Positions 34,022 to 43,070 of a stretch of DNA of 64,000 nucleotides are shown here, in pieces (position 1 is the first letter of the stretch; every line of letters begins with the position of its first letter). The stretch is from positions 41,081 to 105,080 of the forward strand of contig JAWVEN010000032.1 in assembly GCA_033856675.1 (NCBI GenBank), given 5' to 3'. The DNA is from Gaiellales bacterium (GTDB taxonomy: Bacteria > Actinomycetota > Thermoleophilia > Gaiellales > JAICJC01). The translations under genes and the position numbers were made by a program. Under the pieces are notes generated by a model, which made no database searches, was not told the DNA's origin, and worked only from the letters and a program-made list of their open reading frames with translations.

Positions 34022-34993
34022 TTGCCGCAAGTGATCGGCGTCCTGGCGGAGTTGTGCAAAGCTGCCGGTGGAGGGATCAGCGCAATGCCACGTGCACCAG
34101 GCGAAATGAGGCCTGAGAGTCAGCGACAGGCGCCGCTCTCGAGCGTGAGCGCGCCTGAGCCCGTTCCCGGTGGGCGGCGCCGCATTCCCGGGTCGGACGA
34201 CCGGCCCGCGGGCGTGTACATCAACCAGGCGGCCCGCATCGTCGGGGTGTCCGCGTCGCTGATCCGGATCTGGGAGAACGAGGGCCTGGTCACCCCGGCT
34301 CGGACGCAGTCCGGCTACCGCGTGTTCTCGCCGCAGGACATCGAGCGCCTGCGCCACATCCGCGACCTGATCCAGCGAGACGGCCTCAATGCCGCCGGAG
34401 CGCGGCGCTTGCTCAGCAGCACCGGCGCCGAGAACGGCGCCGAGCGGCCGCGGTCGATGGCCGTCGGCGAGAAGCTGCGGATGCTCCGACGCCGGCGCGG
34501 CCTGTCATTGCGCGCCCTCGCGGCCATGACCGGCCTCAGCCCGTCGTCGATCAGCGCCATGGAGCGCGGCCTCAGCTCACCTACGGTCGGCTCGCTGCAC
34601 CGGCTGGCAATCGCGTTCGAGATCACGGTGCCCGCCCTGATGGGCACGCCGGAGCCCCACGAGCGGCTGGTTGTGCGACCGCATGAGCGCCCTCTGCTGT
34701 TCGGCGCGCCCGGGGTGAAGATGGAGAACCTCTACGACGTCGACACGATCCTGCAGTCGATGGTGATCACCGTCGAGCCGGGGGCGGGCAGCGAGGAGTC
34801 CTATGCCCACGAAGGTGAGGAGGTGCTCTACATGATCGAGGGCGAGATCGACGTCACGCTCGACGAGATCGACACGTACCGGCTCCGCCCCGGCGACGCG
34901 ATGACCTTCGCCAGCACGCGCCCGCACCGGTGGACGAATCCCGGCGACGTCACGGCGGCGATCGTCTGGATCAATACGCCGCCGACCTTCTGA
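34022..34993 (+). CDS. three-module regulator: MerR-type HTH + XRE-type HTH + cupin sensor domain
   Basis: MerR: VYINQAARIVGVSASLIRIWENEGLVTPARTQSGYRVFSPQDIERLRHIRDL. XRE: VGEKLRMLRRRRGLSLRALAAMTGLSPSSISAMERGLSSPTVGSLHRLA. Cupin: HEGEEVLYMIEGEIDV....Y.L.PGDAMTF....PHRW.N. Start uncertain: 34022, 34085 or 34106. Confidence 0.85.
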   Translation: MPQVIGVLAELCKAAGGGISAMPRAPGEMRPESQRQAPLSSVSAPEPVPGGRRRIPGSDDRPAGVYINQAARIVGVSASLIRIWENEGLVTPARTQSGYRVFSPQDIERLRHIRDLIQRDGLNAAGARRLLSSTGAENGAERPRSMAVGEKLRMLRRRRGLSLRALAAMTGLSPSSISAMERGLSSPTVGSLHRLAIAFEITVPALMGTPEPHERLVVRPHERPLLFGAPGVKMENLYDVDTILQSMVITVEPGAGSEESYAHEGEEVLYMIEGEIDVTLDEIDTYRLRPGDAMTFASTRPHRWTNPGDVTAAIVWINTPPTF

Positions 34994-35000
34994 CCGATCG

Positions 35001-36221
35001 TCAGGGCGCCGATGCCAACTCGGCCAGCGCGCGCTGCAGCACGCCGATCGCAATGCCGACATCCTCGGCGGAGGTGTCCTCGAGCGGCGAGTGGCTGACA
35101 CCGCCCGCAAGGCTGCGGGCGAACACCATGCCGACCGGCACGCCGGCCATCCCCAGGATCTGGGCGTCGTGCCCGGCGCCGGACGGCAGCGCCGGTGCGC
35201 CGTTCGCAGCGGTCGTGGCAGTGGCCTTCACCGCAGGGTCGGTGAGGACGGCGTGTGTACGCGCTCCCTCGCCCATCTCGGCCGTACAGCCGTAGGCCTC
35301 GGCGCACCGCTCGGCGGCGTCCCGGATGCGCCGCTCGAGGTCGGCAACGCGGTCGTCGTCAGGGGCACGGGCATCGACGACCAGGCGCGCGACGCGCGGG
35401 ATGACGTTGCTCGCGCCCGGCTCGACGCTGATCACGCCAACCGTGGCCACGGCGTTCTCGATTGCCCGAGCAGCGTCGGCGATCTCGAGCTGAAACGCCG
35501 CGGCGCACAGGGCGGCGTCGCGACGGTCTGCCATCGGCGTCGTGCCGGCGTGGCCGGCCTTGCCCTCGAACACCACGTCGAGCTCTACGAGGCCCACGAT
35601 CGACTCCACGATGCCGACCGGTGCAGAGCGCCCCGCCAGCACCGGCCCCTGCTCGATGTGGAGCTCCAGGAACACCGCGGGCAGGTCGACCGGCGCCGAA
35701 GCAGGGTCGGAGGCGCCATACCCCAACTGCTCCAGCGCGTCGCGGACCGTGACGCCTTCGCGGTCCGCCAGGTCATAGGCGTCGGGCGGCAGCTGACCGG
35801 TCGCCGCCCGGCTGCCGAAGAACCCGCGGCCGAACCGCCAGCCCTCTTCGTCGCGAAACGCCACCACGGCGACGGTGCGATCGCCCTGCTCCAGACCGGA
35901 CACGGCGGCGAGGCTGCCGATCACGCCGAGCGCGCCGTCGAACTTGCCGCCCGACGGCACCGTGTCGAGATGCGACCCACACCAGATCTCGCCGAGCTCC
36001 GGCCGTCGCCCGCGCAGCCGGCCATAGAGGTTGCCGACCGCGTCACGGGAGGTCTCAAGGCCCGCGTCCTGCATCCAGCACTCGACGAGGTGATGCGCCT
36101 CCTCCTCGGCGGCGCTCAGGCCGGGCCTGTTCGCGCCCGGCCCGCCGCCGATGGCGTACAGCTCATCCAGCTGAGAGAGCGCGAGTGAAAAAAAGGGGTC
36201 TGGCCCCTTTTTTTCAGTCAT
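35001..36221 (-). CDS. M20-family N-carbamoyl-L-amino-acid / allantoate amidohydrolase (AmaB/HyuC-like)
   Basis: ..NRPGLSAAEEEAHHLVECWMQDAGLETSRDAVGNLYGR..GSHLDTVPSGGKFDGALGV..GKAGHAGTTPM.. ATGA overlap with the racemase stop. Confidence 0.85.
   Translation of the reverse strand: MTEKKGPDPFFSLALSQLDELYAIGGGPGANRPGLSAAEEEAHHLVECWMQDAGLETSRDAVGNLYGRLRGRRPELGEIWCGSHLDTVPSGGKFDGALGVIGSLAAVSGLEQGDRTVAVVAFRDEEGWRFGRGFFGSRAATGQLPPDAYDLADREGVTVRDALEQLGYGASDPASAPVDLPAVFLELHIEQGPVLAGRSAPVGIVESIVGLVELDVVFEGKAGHAGTTPMADRRDAALCAAAFQLEIADAARAIENAVATVGVISVEPGASNVIPRVARLVVDARAPDDDRVADLERRIRDAAERCAEAYGCTAEMGEGARTHAVLTDPAVKATATTAANGAPALPSGAGHDAQILGMAGVPVGMVFARSLAGGVSHSPLEDTSAEDVGIAIGVLQRALAELASAP
36188..36214. 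terminator. perfect 11-bp A7G4 / C4T7 hairpin (5-nt loop), bidirectional intrinsic-terminator-like, lying in codons 3-11 of the amidohydrolase ORF
   Basis: aaaaaaagggg-tctgg-ccccttttttt read directly. Strikingly AT-rich for this sequence. Begins 7 nt after the ATGA gene junction. Confidence 0.5.
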
Positions 36222-36925
36222 ACCGCGGGCACGGTTGCCGGCTCCTGGAAGGCGCGGATCTTGGAGGTGCGCAGCCCGAGGCGGACGAGGCTCTCCGCCA
36301 GCACCACGGCTGCCGGCACGCCTTCGACCACCGGCACGCCCAGCCGCTCCTCCAGCGCCGCCCTCGTCTCCAGCATCAGGCCGCAGCCGAGGCACAGCAC
36401 TTCGGCGCCCCCCGCGACGGCCCGGCGGCCGGCCTCCTCCAGCTGCGCCAATGCCGACAGCGGATCCTCACCGAGGTCGACCACCTCCGCCCCGCTGGCC
36501 TCGATCGACGCACAACGCGACTCGATGCCGTAATGGCGGAGCAGGTCGATCGTCCCGGGAACGCCGCGGTCGAGCGTCGCGACCACACCGAACCGGTGCC
36601 CGAGCGACATTGCGAGGGAGAAGCTCGCTTCGGCGATCCCGATCACCGGCGCATCGGTCAGCTCGCGCGAGGCGTAGAGCCCCGGATCGCCGAAGCAGCC
36701 GATGATCGCGGCGTCGAACGTCCCCCGGCGCTCCAGGATGCAGCGGGCGACACCGGCCGCGGCCAGCGCCTCGTCGTAGAAGCCGTCGATGAACGGCACG
36801 CCGTCATCGACCGTGGCGCCGATGATCTCGGTGCCCGGGCCGGCGACCTCCTGGGCGGCCACCACCATGCTGTCGGTCATCGACGAGGTCGTGTTCGGGT
36901 TGATGAGAAGGATCTGCATGGTCAC
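36218..36925 (-). CDS. Asp/Glu/hydantoin racemase family protein
   Basis: ILLINPNTTSSMTD.., ..IIGCFGDPGL.., ..LCLGCGLM.. (two catalytic-Cys contexts). ATGA overlap with the hydantoinase stop. Confidence 0.85.
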   Translation of the reverse strand: MTMQILLINPNTTSSMTDSMVVAAQEVAGPGTEIIGATVDDGVPFIDGFYDEALAAAGVARCILERRGTFDAAIIGCFGDPGLYASRELTDAPVIGIAEASFSLAMSLGHRFGVVATLDRGVPGTIDLLRHYGIESRCASIEASGAEVVDLGEDPLSALAQLEEAGRRAVAGGAEVLCLGCGLMLETRAALEERLGVPVVEGVPAAVVLAESLVRLGLRTSKIRAFQEPATVPAV

Positions 36926-38349
36926 TCTCCCGCCGTTGTGAGATCAGGGGTGGCCGCCGAGACAGGCGTCACGAACCGGCCGGTGCCGGCCTCGGCGAAC
37001 CGCTCGCCCTCGGGGCCGTCCTCGTACACCGTCCGGCCGCGCACCAGCGTCCGCACCACCTTCCCCGTCAGCTCGACGCCCTCGAACGGCGTCCACTTGT
37101 GCGTGTGGTGAAGGTTCGCGCCCTCGACCGTCCATCGCCGCTCGGAGTCGAGCAGCACCAGATCGGCGTCGGCGCCTGGTGTGATCGCGCCCTTGCGAGG
37201 TGCGAGCAGCCACAGCTGCGCGGGTGCCGTCGCGAGCCATCGCGCGATCGTCCCCCACTCGAATCCCCGTTTCCTCGCCTCGGTCACCACGAGCGGGACG
37301 AGGGTCTCGATGCCCGGCAGGCCATTCGGCGTCTCGAAGATGTTGTCAGTTCCGCGAACGCGGCTCTCGAGCGTGAACGCACAGTGGTCGGTGGTGATGC
37401 AGTCGATGGTGCCGTCGGCCAGCCGCTCCCACAGCCGCTCGACGTCGCTGCGATCGCGGATCGCAGGCGCACAGCGGGCGAACGAGCCCAGCCGTCGGAG
37501 GTCATCGTGGTCGAGCGCGAGGTACTGGGGGCAGGTCTCGCACGTGACACGGACGCCGCGCTCCTTCGCCTTCGCCACCAGATCGGCGGCGTCGCCGGTG
37601 CTCATGTGGACGATGTGCACCCAGCCGCCGAGGTGCTCGGCGAAGAAGATGGCGCGGTTCACGGCCTCCACCTCGACGATCGGCGGACGCGAATCGGCAT
37701 GGGCGATCGCATCGGTCCGTCCCCGGCCCTCCGTCTCGGCCAGGCCGGCGTTCAACAGGGCGTCGTTTTCGGAGTGCAGGCCGAGCATGAACGGCGTCCC
37801 CTTCAGCTCGCGCAACGCGGCCACGAGCTGCGCGTCGTCGATGCCGGGAAACGACGGGTCGGAGTTGCACATGAACGCCTTGAACCCGACCGCACCCTCG
37901 GCGATCTGATCGCGGATCGCCTGAGCGTCCTGCCCCTGGGTGACCCCGCCCCACAGTGCGAAGTCGACGATCGCCTTTTCCTGCGCCAGCGCGCGCTTGC
38001 GCGCGAACAACGCACCGTCGACGGTCACCGGACGCGCCTGCGGCATCTCAACCACCGTCGTCACGCCGCCCGCCGCGGCTCCGCGGCCGCCCATCTCGAA
38101 GCCCTCGGACTCGTCGGGGTCGGGCCCGAACAACTCGGGATCGTCCTGTGTGAAGTGCGTGTGCCCGTCCACGGCGCCCGGCAGGACGACCAGCCCAGTG
38201 GCGTCGATCACCGTCGCACCCTCCACCGATGCCGAGCCCGGCGGGAGCAGCGCCTCGATCCGCTCGCCGCTGATGACCACGTCCAGCACTGCGGTCTCGT
38301 CTGGAGTGACGACCAGACCGCCGCGTATGACCCGTCTGTCTTCGCTCAT
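36922..38349 (-). CDS. cyclic amidohydrolase (hydantoinase/dihydropyrimidinase/allantoinase family)
   Basis: ..VLPGAVDGHTHF.., ..GFKAFM.., ..VHIVHMS.., ..ITTDHCAF.. are metal-ligand contexts of the amidohydrolase superfamily. Start at the internal ATG 38349. Confidence 0.85.
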   Translation of the reverse strand: MSEDRRVIRGGLVVTPDETAVLDVVISGERIEALLPPGSASVEGATVIDATGLVVLPGAVDGHTHFTQDDPELFGPDPDESEGFEMGGRGAAAGGVTTVVEMPQARPVTVDGALFARKRALAQEKAIVDFALWGGVTQGQDAQAIRDQIAEGAVGFKAFMCNSDPSFPGIDDAQLVAALRELKGTPFMLGLHSENDALLNAGLAETEGRGRTDAIAHADSRPPIVEVEAVNRAIFFAEHLGGWVHIVHMSTGDAADLVAKAKERGVRVTCETCPQYLALDHDDLRRLGSFARCAPAIRDRSDVERLWERLADGTIDCITTDHCAFTLESRVRGTDNIFETPNGLPGIETLVPLVVTEARKRGFEWGTIARWLATAPAQLWLLAPRKGAITPGADADLVLLDSERRWTVEGANLHHTHKWTPFEGVELTGKVVRTLVRGRTVYEDGPEGERFAEAGTGRFVTPVSAATPDLTTAGE

Positions 38350-38372
38350 GTCAGTGCCTTTGCTCGAAGGGT

Positions 38373-39290
38373 TTACTGAGATCGGTTGGGCGAGAGCACG
38401 TCCTGCAGGCCGTCGCCGACGAGGTTTGCAGCCATCACGACCATGAAGATCGCGACGCCGGGGAAGGTGGCATACCACCACTGGTCGAGGTAAAAGTCAC
38501 GCCCCACGGCGATCATCGACCCCCATTCCGGCGTCGGCGGCTGTGCTCCGAGGCCGACGAACGAGAGGCTCGCCATGGTGAGAATGGCGTAGCCGACGTC
38601 GAGGCTCATCTGCACGATGATCGGTGTGGTGCAGTTGCGCAGGATGTGGTGCGTCATGATGCGCGTACGCCCCGCACCGGCCAGCCGCGCGGCGCCGACG
38701 AACGGCTCGTTCTTGAGCTGCAGCACCTGGCCACGGACGAGGCGCGCATACCACGGCCACCACACGATGCCGGTGGCGATGGCGGCGTTCAGAAGGCTCG
38801 GCCCGAGGGCGGCGGCCGCTCCCATCGCCAGCACCAGCGCCGGGAAGGCGAGGAACATGTCAGTCAGCCGCATCAGGATCTCGTCGAACCAGCCGCCGGC
38901 GTACCCGGCGATCAGCCCCACGGTCGTTCCGACGATGGCGGCGAATGCGAGGATGGCGACAGCCGCCGTCAGGCTGTAGCGGGTGCCGAAGATGACCCGG
39001 CTGAAGATGTCCCGGCCGACGTCGTCGGTGCCGAACAGATGCTGGGCGCTGGGCGCGAGGAACTTGGCGCCGCCGTCGAACGCCTCGGGGTCGTACGGCG
39101 CGATCAGCGGGGCCGCCGCCGCAGCGATGACGAACAGCGCCAGCACCACCAACCCGGCCGCCGAGAGCGAGTTCGACATCAGCTGCCGGAGCACATCCGT
39201 TGCACTCGCGATGCGGCCACGGACGGCGTCGTCTGCCGGCGTCGCATCCGAGAGCGGCGCGAAGGCGCCGGCCGGGGGCACGGTGCTCAC
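38373..39290 (-). CDS. ABC transporter permease (DppC/OppC type)
   Basis: TM profile and ..HLFGTDDVGRDIFSRVIFGTR... GTGA overlap with the upstream permease gene. Confidence 0.9.
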   Translation of the reverse strand: MSTVPPAGAFAPLSDATPADDAVRGRIASATDVLRQLMSNSLSAAGLVVLALFVIAAAAAPLIAPYDPEAFDGGAKFLAPSAQHLFGTDDVGRDIFSRVIFGTRYSLTAAVAILAFAAIVGTTVGLIAGYAGGWFDEILMRLTDMFLAFPALVLAMGAAAALGPSLLNAAIATGIVWWPWYARLVRGQVLQLKNEPFVGAARLAGAGRTRIMTHHILRNCTTPIIVQMSLDVGYAILTMASLSFVGLGAQPPTPEWGSMIAVGRDFYLDQWWYATFPGVAIFMVVMAANLVGDGLQDVLSPNRSQ

Positions 39291-40309
39291 GCCACCGCCT
39301 CCTCGGCGTCCGCGATCCGCGGGTCGAGCAGCAGATAGCCCACGTCCACGATCAGGTTGACGACGACGTAGACCCCGGAGATCAGGAGCGTCACGCCCAT
39401 GATCGCGGCGTAGTCGAGGTTGGAGATGGCGTTGATCGCGTAGAGGCCGATCCCGGGCCATGAGAACACGACCTCGGTCAGCACGCTGCCGGCGAGCAGC
39501 GCCCCGAACTGGAGGCCGAGCACCGTGGTGACGGGGATCAGGGCGTTCTTGAGGACGTGACGGCGGACGATCACGTCCTCGCGCAGCCCTTTCGCCTCCG
39601 CGGCGCGGATGTGATCGGCCTCCGCCACCTCGGCGACCGACGCCCGCATCATCCGCGTCACCACCGCGAGGCTCCCCGCGGCCAGCGTGACCGCCGGGAG
39701 CACCAGGTGGACGAGCGAGGAGTTCAGCGCCAGCGTGTCACCGCTCCACAGGGCGTCGAGCAGGTACAGCCCGGTGGTGTCGGTCGGCGGCAGCAGCGTG
39801 GGATCGATGCGACCGCCGACCGGTAGGAGCTCCGCCTTCTGAAAGAACAGGATCTGCAGGATGATCCCCAGCCAGAACACCGGCACCGACACCGCCCCGA
39901 TCGAGACCAGCCGGATCACGTGATCGGGCAGGCGGCCCTTCAGCAGGCCGCCGACCAGACCGAGCGGAATCCCGAACACCACCACGATCAGCATCGCGGC
40001 GACCGTCAGCTCGACCGTGGCCGGGAAGAACTGCTGCAGATCCTCCGACACCGGACGCCGCGTCGTGATCGACATGCCGAGGTCGCCGTTGACCAGGTCT
40101 CCCATGTAGGTCACATACTGAGCGGGGAGCGACTGGTCGAAGCCGTACTGCCGGCGCAGCACCTCGACCGCCCGCTCTGACGCATGGGGCCCGGCGAGCA
40201 GGCGAGCCGGGTCGCCGGGCACCATATGCGTCAGGGCGAACGTGATCAGGCTCATCCCGAATAACACGATCGGGAGCGAGATCAGTCGGCGGACGATCAG
40301 TCGGCGCAT
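39287..40309 (-). CDS. ABC transporter permease (DppB/OppB type)
   Basis: MRRLIVRRLISLPIVLFGMSLITFALTHMVPGDPA.. and EAA-loop context ..AAEAKGLRED... Confidence 0.9.
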   Translation of the reverse strand: MRRLIVRRLISLPIVLFGMSLITFALTHMVPGDPARLLAGPHASERAVEVLRRQYGFDQSLPAQYVTYMGDLVNGDLGMSITTRRPVSEDLQQFFPATVELTVAAMLIVVVFGIPLGLVGGLLKGRLPDHVIRLVSIGAVSVPVFWLGIILQILFFQKAELLPVGGRIDPTLLPPTDTTGLYLLDALWSGDTLALNSSLVHLVLPAVTLAAGSLAVVTRMMRASVAEVAEADHIRAAEAKGLREDVIVRRHVLKNALIPVTTVLGLQFGALLAGSVLTEVVFSWPGIGLYAINAISNLDYAAIMGVTLLISGVYVVVNLIVDVGYLLLDPRIADAEEAVA

Positions 40310-40323
40310 ACAACCATCGTTTG

Positions 40324-42012
40324 TTATGCGCTCACACCGAGCGCGTACGGGTCGAACGAGTTGATGTACATGCCATTGAACTCGAAGCCTGTCAGCTTCG
40401 GGCTCGTAGGCACCAGGTACCGCACGTCCGACAGGAACAGGTACGGCGCATCCTCGACGACGATGTGCTGGCACCGGTTGTAGAGCGCCGTCCGCTTGGC
40501 CTCGTCCGGCTCCGCCGTTGCCTGGTCGAGCAACCCGTCGAACTGCGGGTTCGAGTAGTAGGTGAAGTTGTACCCCGCGGTCCCCTGCGCCGACGTGGCG
40601 AACAGCGCCCAGAGGAAGTCGAAGGGGGTGGCCAGCGACGGCCACCAGACGACACCGTAGGCCTCGCTGGCCTTGTCCTTGTTCGACAGCGTCCCGACCC
40701 AGGTCGATGGGCTGAGCTCCTGGATCGTCACGTCGATCCCGAGGTCTTTCATGTTCGACTGGAACAGCTCACCCAGCGGGCGCTTCCAGTAGTAGCCCGT
40801 CTCGTAGATGTACTTCAGCGAGAAGCCGCCGCCCTCGAAGCCGGCGTCGGCAAGCATGGAGCGCGCCTTGTCGACGTCGTAGGTGTACTGCGGGACGCTG
40901 CTGTCGTACCCCGGGAAGATCTCGGGCAGCGGGCCGCGAGCCTGGGTGCCCGTTCCGTTGAGCACGTCGTTGACCCACGAGTCGTAGTCGAACCCGTACG
41001 AGATCGCCTGGCGCACGGCCTTGTCGGCGGTCGGACCGGTGCGGCAGGGCAGCCCCAGGTAGTAGACGTTGAAGCTGGGGTCGTCGGAGACGGTGACGTT
41101 CTCCTTGTCCCGCATCGCGTAGATCACGTCGTCCGGCAGGTAGACGGCGATATGGCTGTCCCCACGCTCCAACTGGAGCCGCTCGGTCGACGGGTCTGTG
41201 ACGTACTGGACGAGGACGCTCTCGAAATGCTCGCCCTCCCAGCCGCCCCAGTAGGTGTCGTTGCGAATGAAGGACGCCTGCTGGTTCAGCTCGTAGTTCT
41301 GGAGCTGGTAGGGCCCCGTGCCGACCATGTTCTTGCTGAGCCACGCCTGTGCCCAGTCGTCGCCCTTGTTGTCGGTGATCGCCTTCGGCGAGATCATGTA
41401 GAGCCCGTAGAGGCTGGCGAAGCCGTACAGCAGCCCGTCCGAGAAGCCTGACAGGTGCACGACGACGGTCTGATCGTCAGGCGTCTCCACCTTCGTAACG
41501 GGGCTCAGAGCGTAGGCGATGCCCTGCTCCAGCGCCATCTGTCGTTCGATGTTGAGCTTCACGGCCTTCGCATCGAGGGCCGTGCCGTCGGTGAACGTCA
41601 CATCCGGCCGCAGGTGGAACACGGCCTGGTTCGCATTCGTGTCGTACTCGTACGCCTCGGCGAGGTGTGGCTCGACCTCGATCGTGGCACCCTTGAAACG
41701 GAGCAGAGGCTCGTAGGAGCAGCGCCAGAGCAACGGCGACTGGCCGTCGAGCGACACCATCGGATCGAGGGTGACCGGTGTGGCGCCGGAGGCGATCACC
41801 AGCTGCTTCGCGGCGGCGCCGGCCTTGGCGGTGCCGCCACCGGTGTTCGCGCTGCTCCCGCCGCAGGCGGCGGCAAGGATCGTGATGCCGTTCAGCGCGA
41901 GACCTGCTGCACCTGCGCGCTTGAGTGCCTCGCGCCGGTTCATCGGCCGGCGCAGCAGCTGGTCGATCAGCTCGGCGCGCGAGCGATCCTGGTTGGGCGG
42001 TTCATTGGTCAC
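40324..42012 (-). CDS. ABC transporter substrate-binding lipoprotein, family 5 (peptide/nickel/opine type), Tat-like signal
   Basis: RRPMNRREALKRAGAAGLALNGITILAAACGG. About 560 aa, length and pattern typical of SBP_bac_5. Confidence 0.9.
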   Translation of the reverse strand: MTNEPPNQDRSRAELIDQLLRRPMNRREALKRAGAAGLALNGITILAAACGGSSANTGGGTAKAGAAAKQLVIASGATPVTLDPMVSLDGQSPLLWRCSYEPLLRFKGATIEVEPHLAEAYEYDTNANQAVFHLRPDVTFTDGTALDAKAVKLNIERQMALEQGIAYALSPVTKVETPDDQTVVVHLSGFSDGLLYGFASLYGLYMISPKAITDNKGDDWAQAWLSKNMVGTGPYQLQNYELNQQASFIRNDTYWGGWEGEHFESVLVQYVTDPSTERLQLERGDSHIAVYLPDDVIYAMRDKENVTVSDDPSFNVYYLGLPCRTGPTADKAVRQAISYGFDYDSWVNDVLNGTGTQARGPLPEIFPGYDSSVPQYTYDVDKARSMLADAGFEGGGFSLKYIYETGYYWKRPLGELFQSNMKDLGIDVTIQELSPSTWVGTLSNKDKASEAYGVVWWPSLATPFDFLWALFATSAQGTAGYNFTYYSNPQFDGLLDQATAEPDEAKRTALYNRCQHIVVEDAPYLFLSDVRYLVPTSPKLTGFEFNGMYINSFDPYALGVSA

Positions 42013-43070
42013 GCTGGTCCTCCTTGGACGTGCTGGGCGGCAGAAGCCTCGGGCCGATCGCCCGACATCGGCCGGCGGTTGGTGACGTGCTCGGCAAAGT
42101 GACAGTTGACGAGCCCTCCGCCGGCGCGGGCTGTCGGCGGCGGGTCGTCATGGGCGCAGACTTCGGGGCTCCCGAGCTCCGTTCGCAGCCAGCAGCGGGT
42201 GTGGAACCGGCAGCCGGAGGGCGGGTTCGCCGGGTTCGGCACGTCGCCGCGCAGGACGATCCGCTCACGGCGTGCCTCGACGATGGGATCCGGCACGGGC
42301 GCCGCCGACAGCAGTGCAACCGTGTACGGATGAGCCGGGTTGTCGAGGACGCTGCCGGCCGGTCCGATCTCGCAGATGCGCCCCAGGTACATGACCGCGA
42401 TCCGTGCGGCGAGCTGCCGGATCGCTCCCAGGTCGTGGCTGATGAACAGGTATGTGAGCCCGAGGTCGCGCTGGATCTCCTCGAGCAGCGTCAGGATCTG
42501 GGCCTGGATCGAGACGTCCAGCGCACTGGTCGGCTCGTCGGCCACGATCAGGTCGGGATCGAGCGACAGCGCCCGGGCGATGCCGACCCGCTGCCGCTGC
42601 CCGCCGGAGAGCTGGAACGGATACCGGCGCTCGACCGACCGTGCGAGACCCACCCGTCCCATCAGGTCGTGCACGCGCTCGCCTCGCGCACGCGAGTCGC
42701 CGCGCCCGTGGATGATCAGCGGCTCCTCGATCGAGGCGCGCACGCTCATCCGCGGATTGAGGCTCGAGTAGGGATCCTGGAACACCATCTGCAGCCGGGG
42801 CCGAAGCGCGGCCAGCTCCTTCCCCTCAGCCGACCCGAGGTTGTGCCCGCCGAACTCGATCCGGCCGCCGGTCGCGCGGATCAAGCGGACGACCGCCTTG
42901 GCGATGGTGCTCTTGCCGCAGCCCGACTCGCCGACCAGACCGAGTGTCTCCGCCGATGCGACGCCGAACGTGACGCCGTCGACGGCACGCACGTTGACAC
43001 CGCGCCGGGTGTAGTGCACCCGCAGGTCGGTGACGTCGAGCAGCGGAGGAGTATGCGGGGTTGTGCTCAT
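42009..43070 (-). CDS. ABC transporter ATP-binding protein (DppF/OppF type)
   Basis: GESGCGKST, LSGGQRQRV, IVADEPTSALD and the C-terminal oligopeptide-type extension. ATGA overlap with the upstream ATPase gene. Confidence 0.9.
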   Translation of the reverse strand: MSTTPHTPPLLDVTDLRVHYTRRGVNVRAVDGVTFGVASAETLGLVGESGCGKSTIAKAVVRLIRATGGRIEFGGHNLGSAEGKELAALRPRLQMVFQDPYSSLNPRMSVRASIEEPLIIHGRGDSRARGERVHDLMGRVGLARSVERRYPFQLSGGQRQRVGIARALSLDPDLIVADEPTSALDVSIQAQILTLLEEIQRDLGLTYLFISHDLGAIRQLAARIAVMYLGRICEIGPAGSVLDNPAHPYTVALLSAAPVPDPIVEARRERIVLRGDVPNPANPPSGCRFHTRCWLRTELGSPEVCAHDDPPPTARAGGGLVNCHFAEHVTNRRPMSGDRPEASAAQHVQGGPA

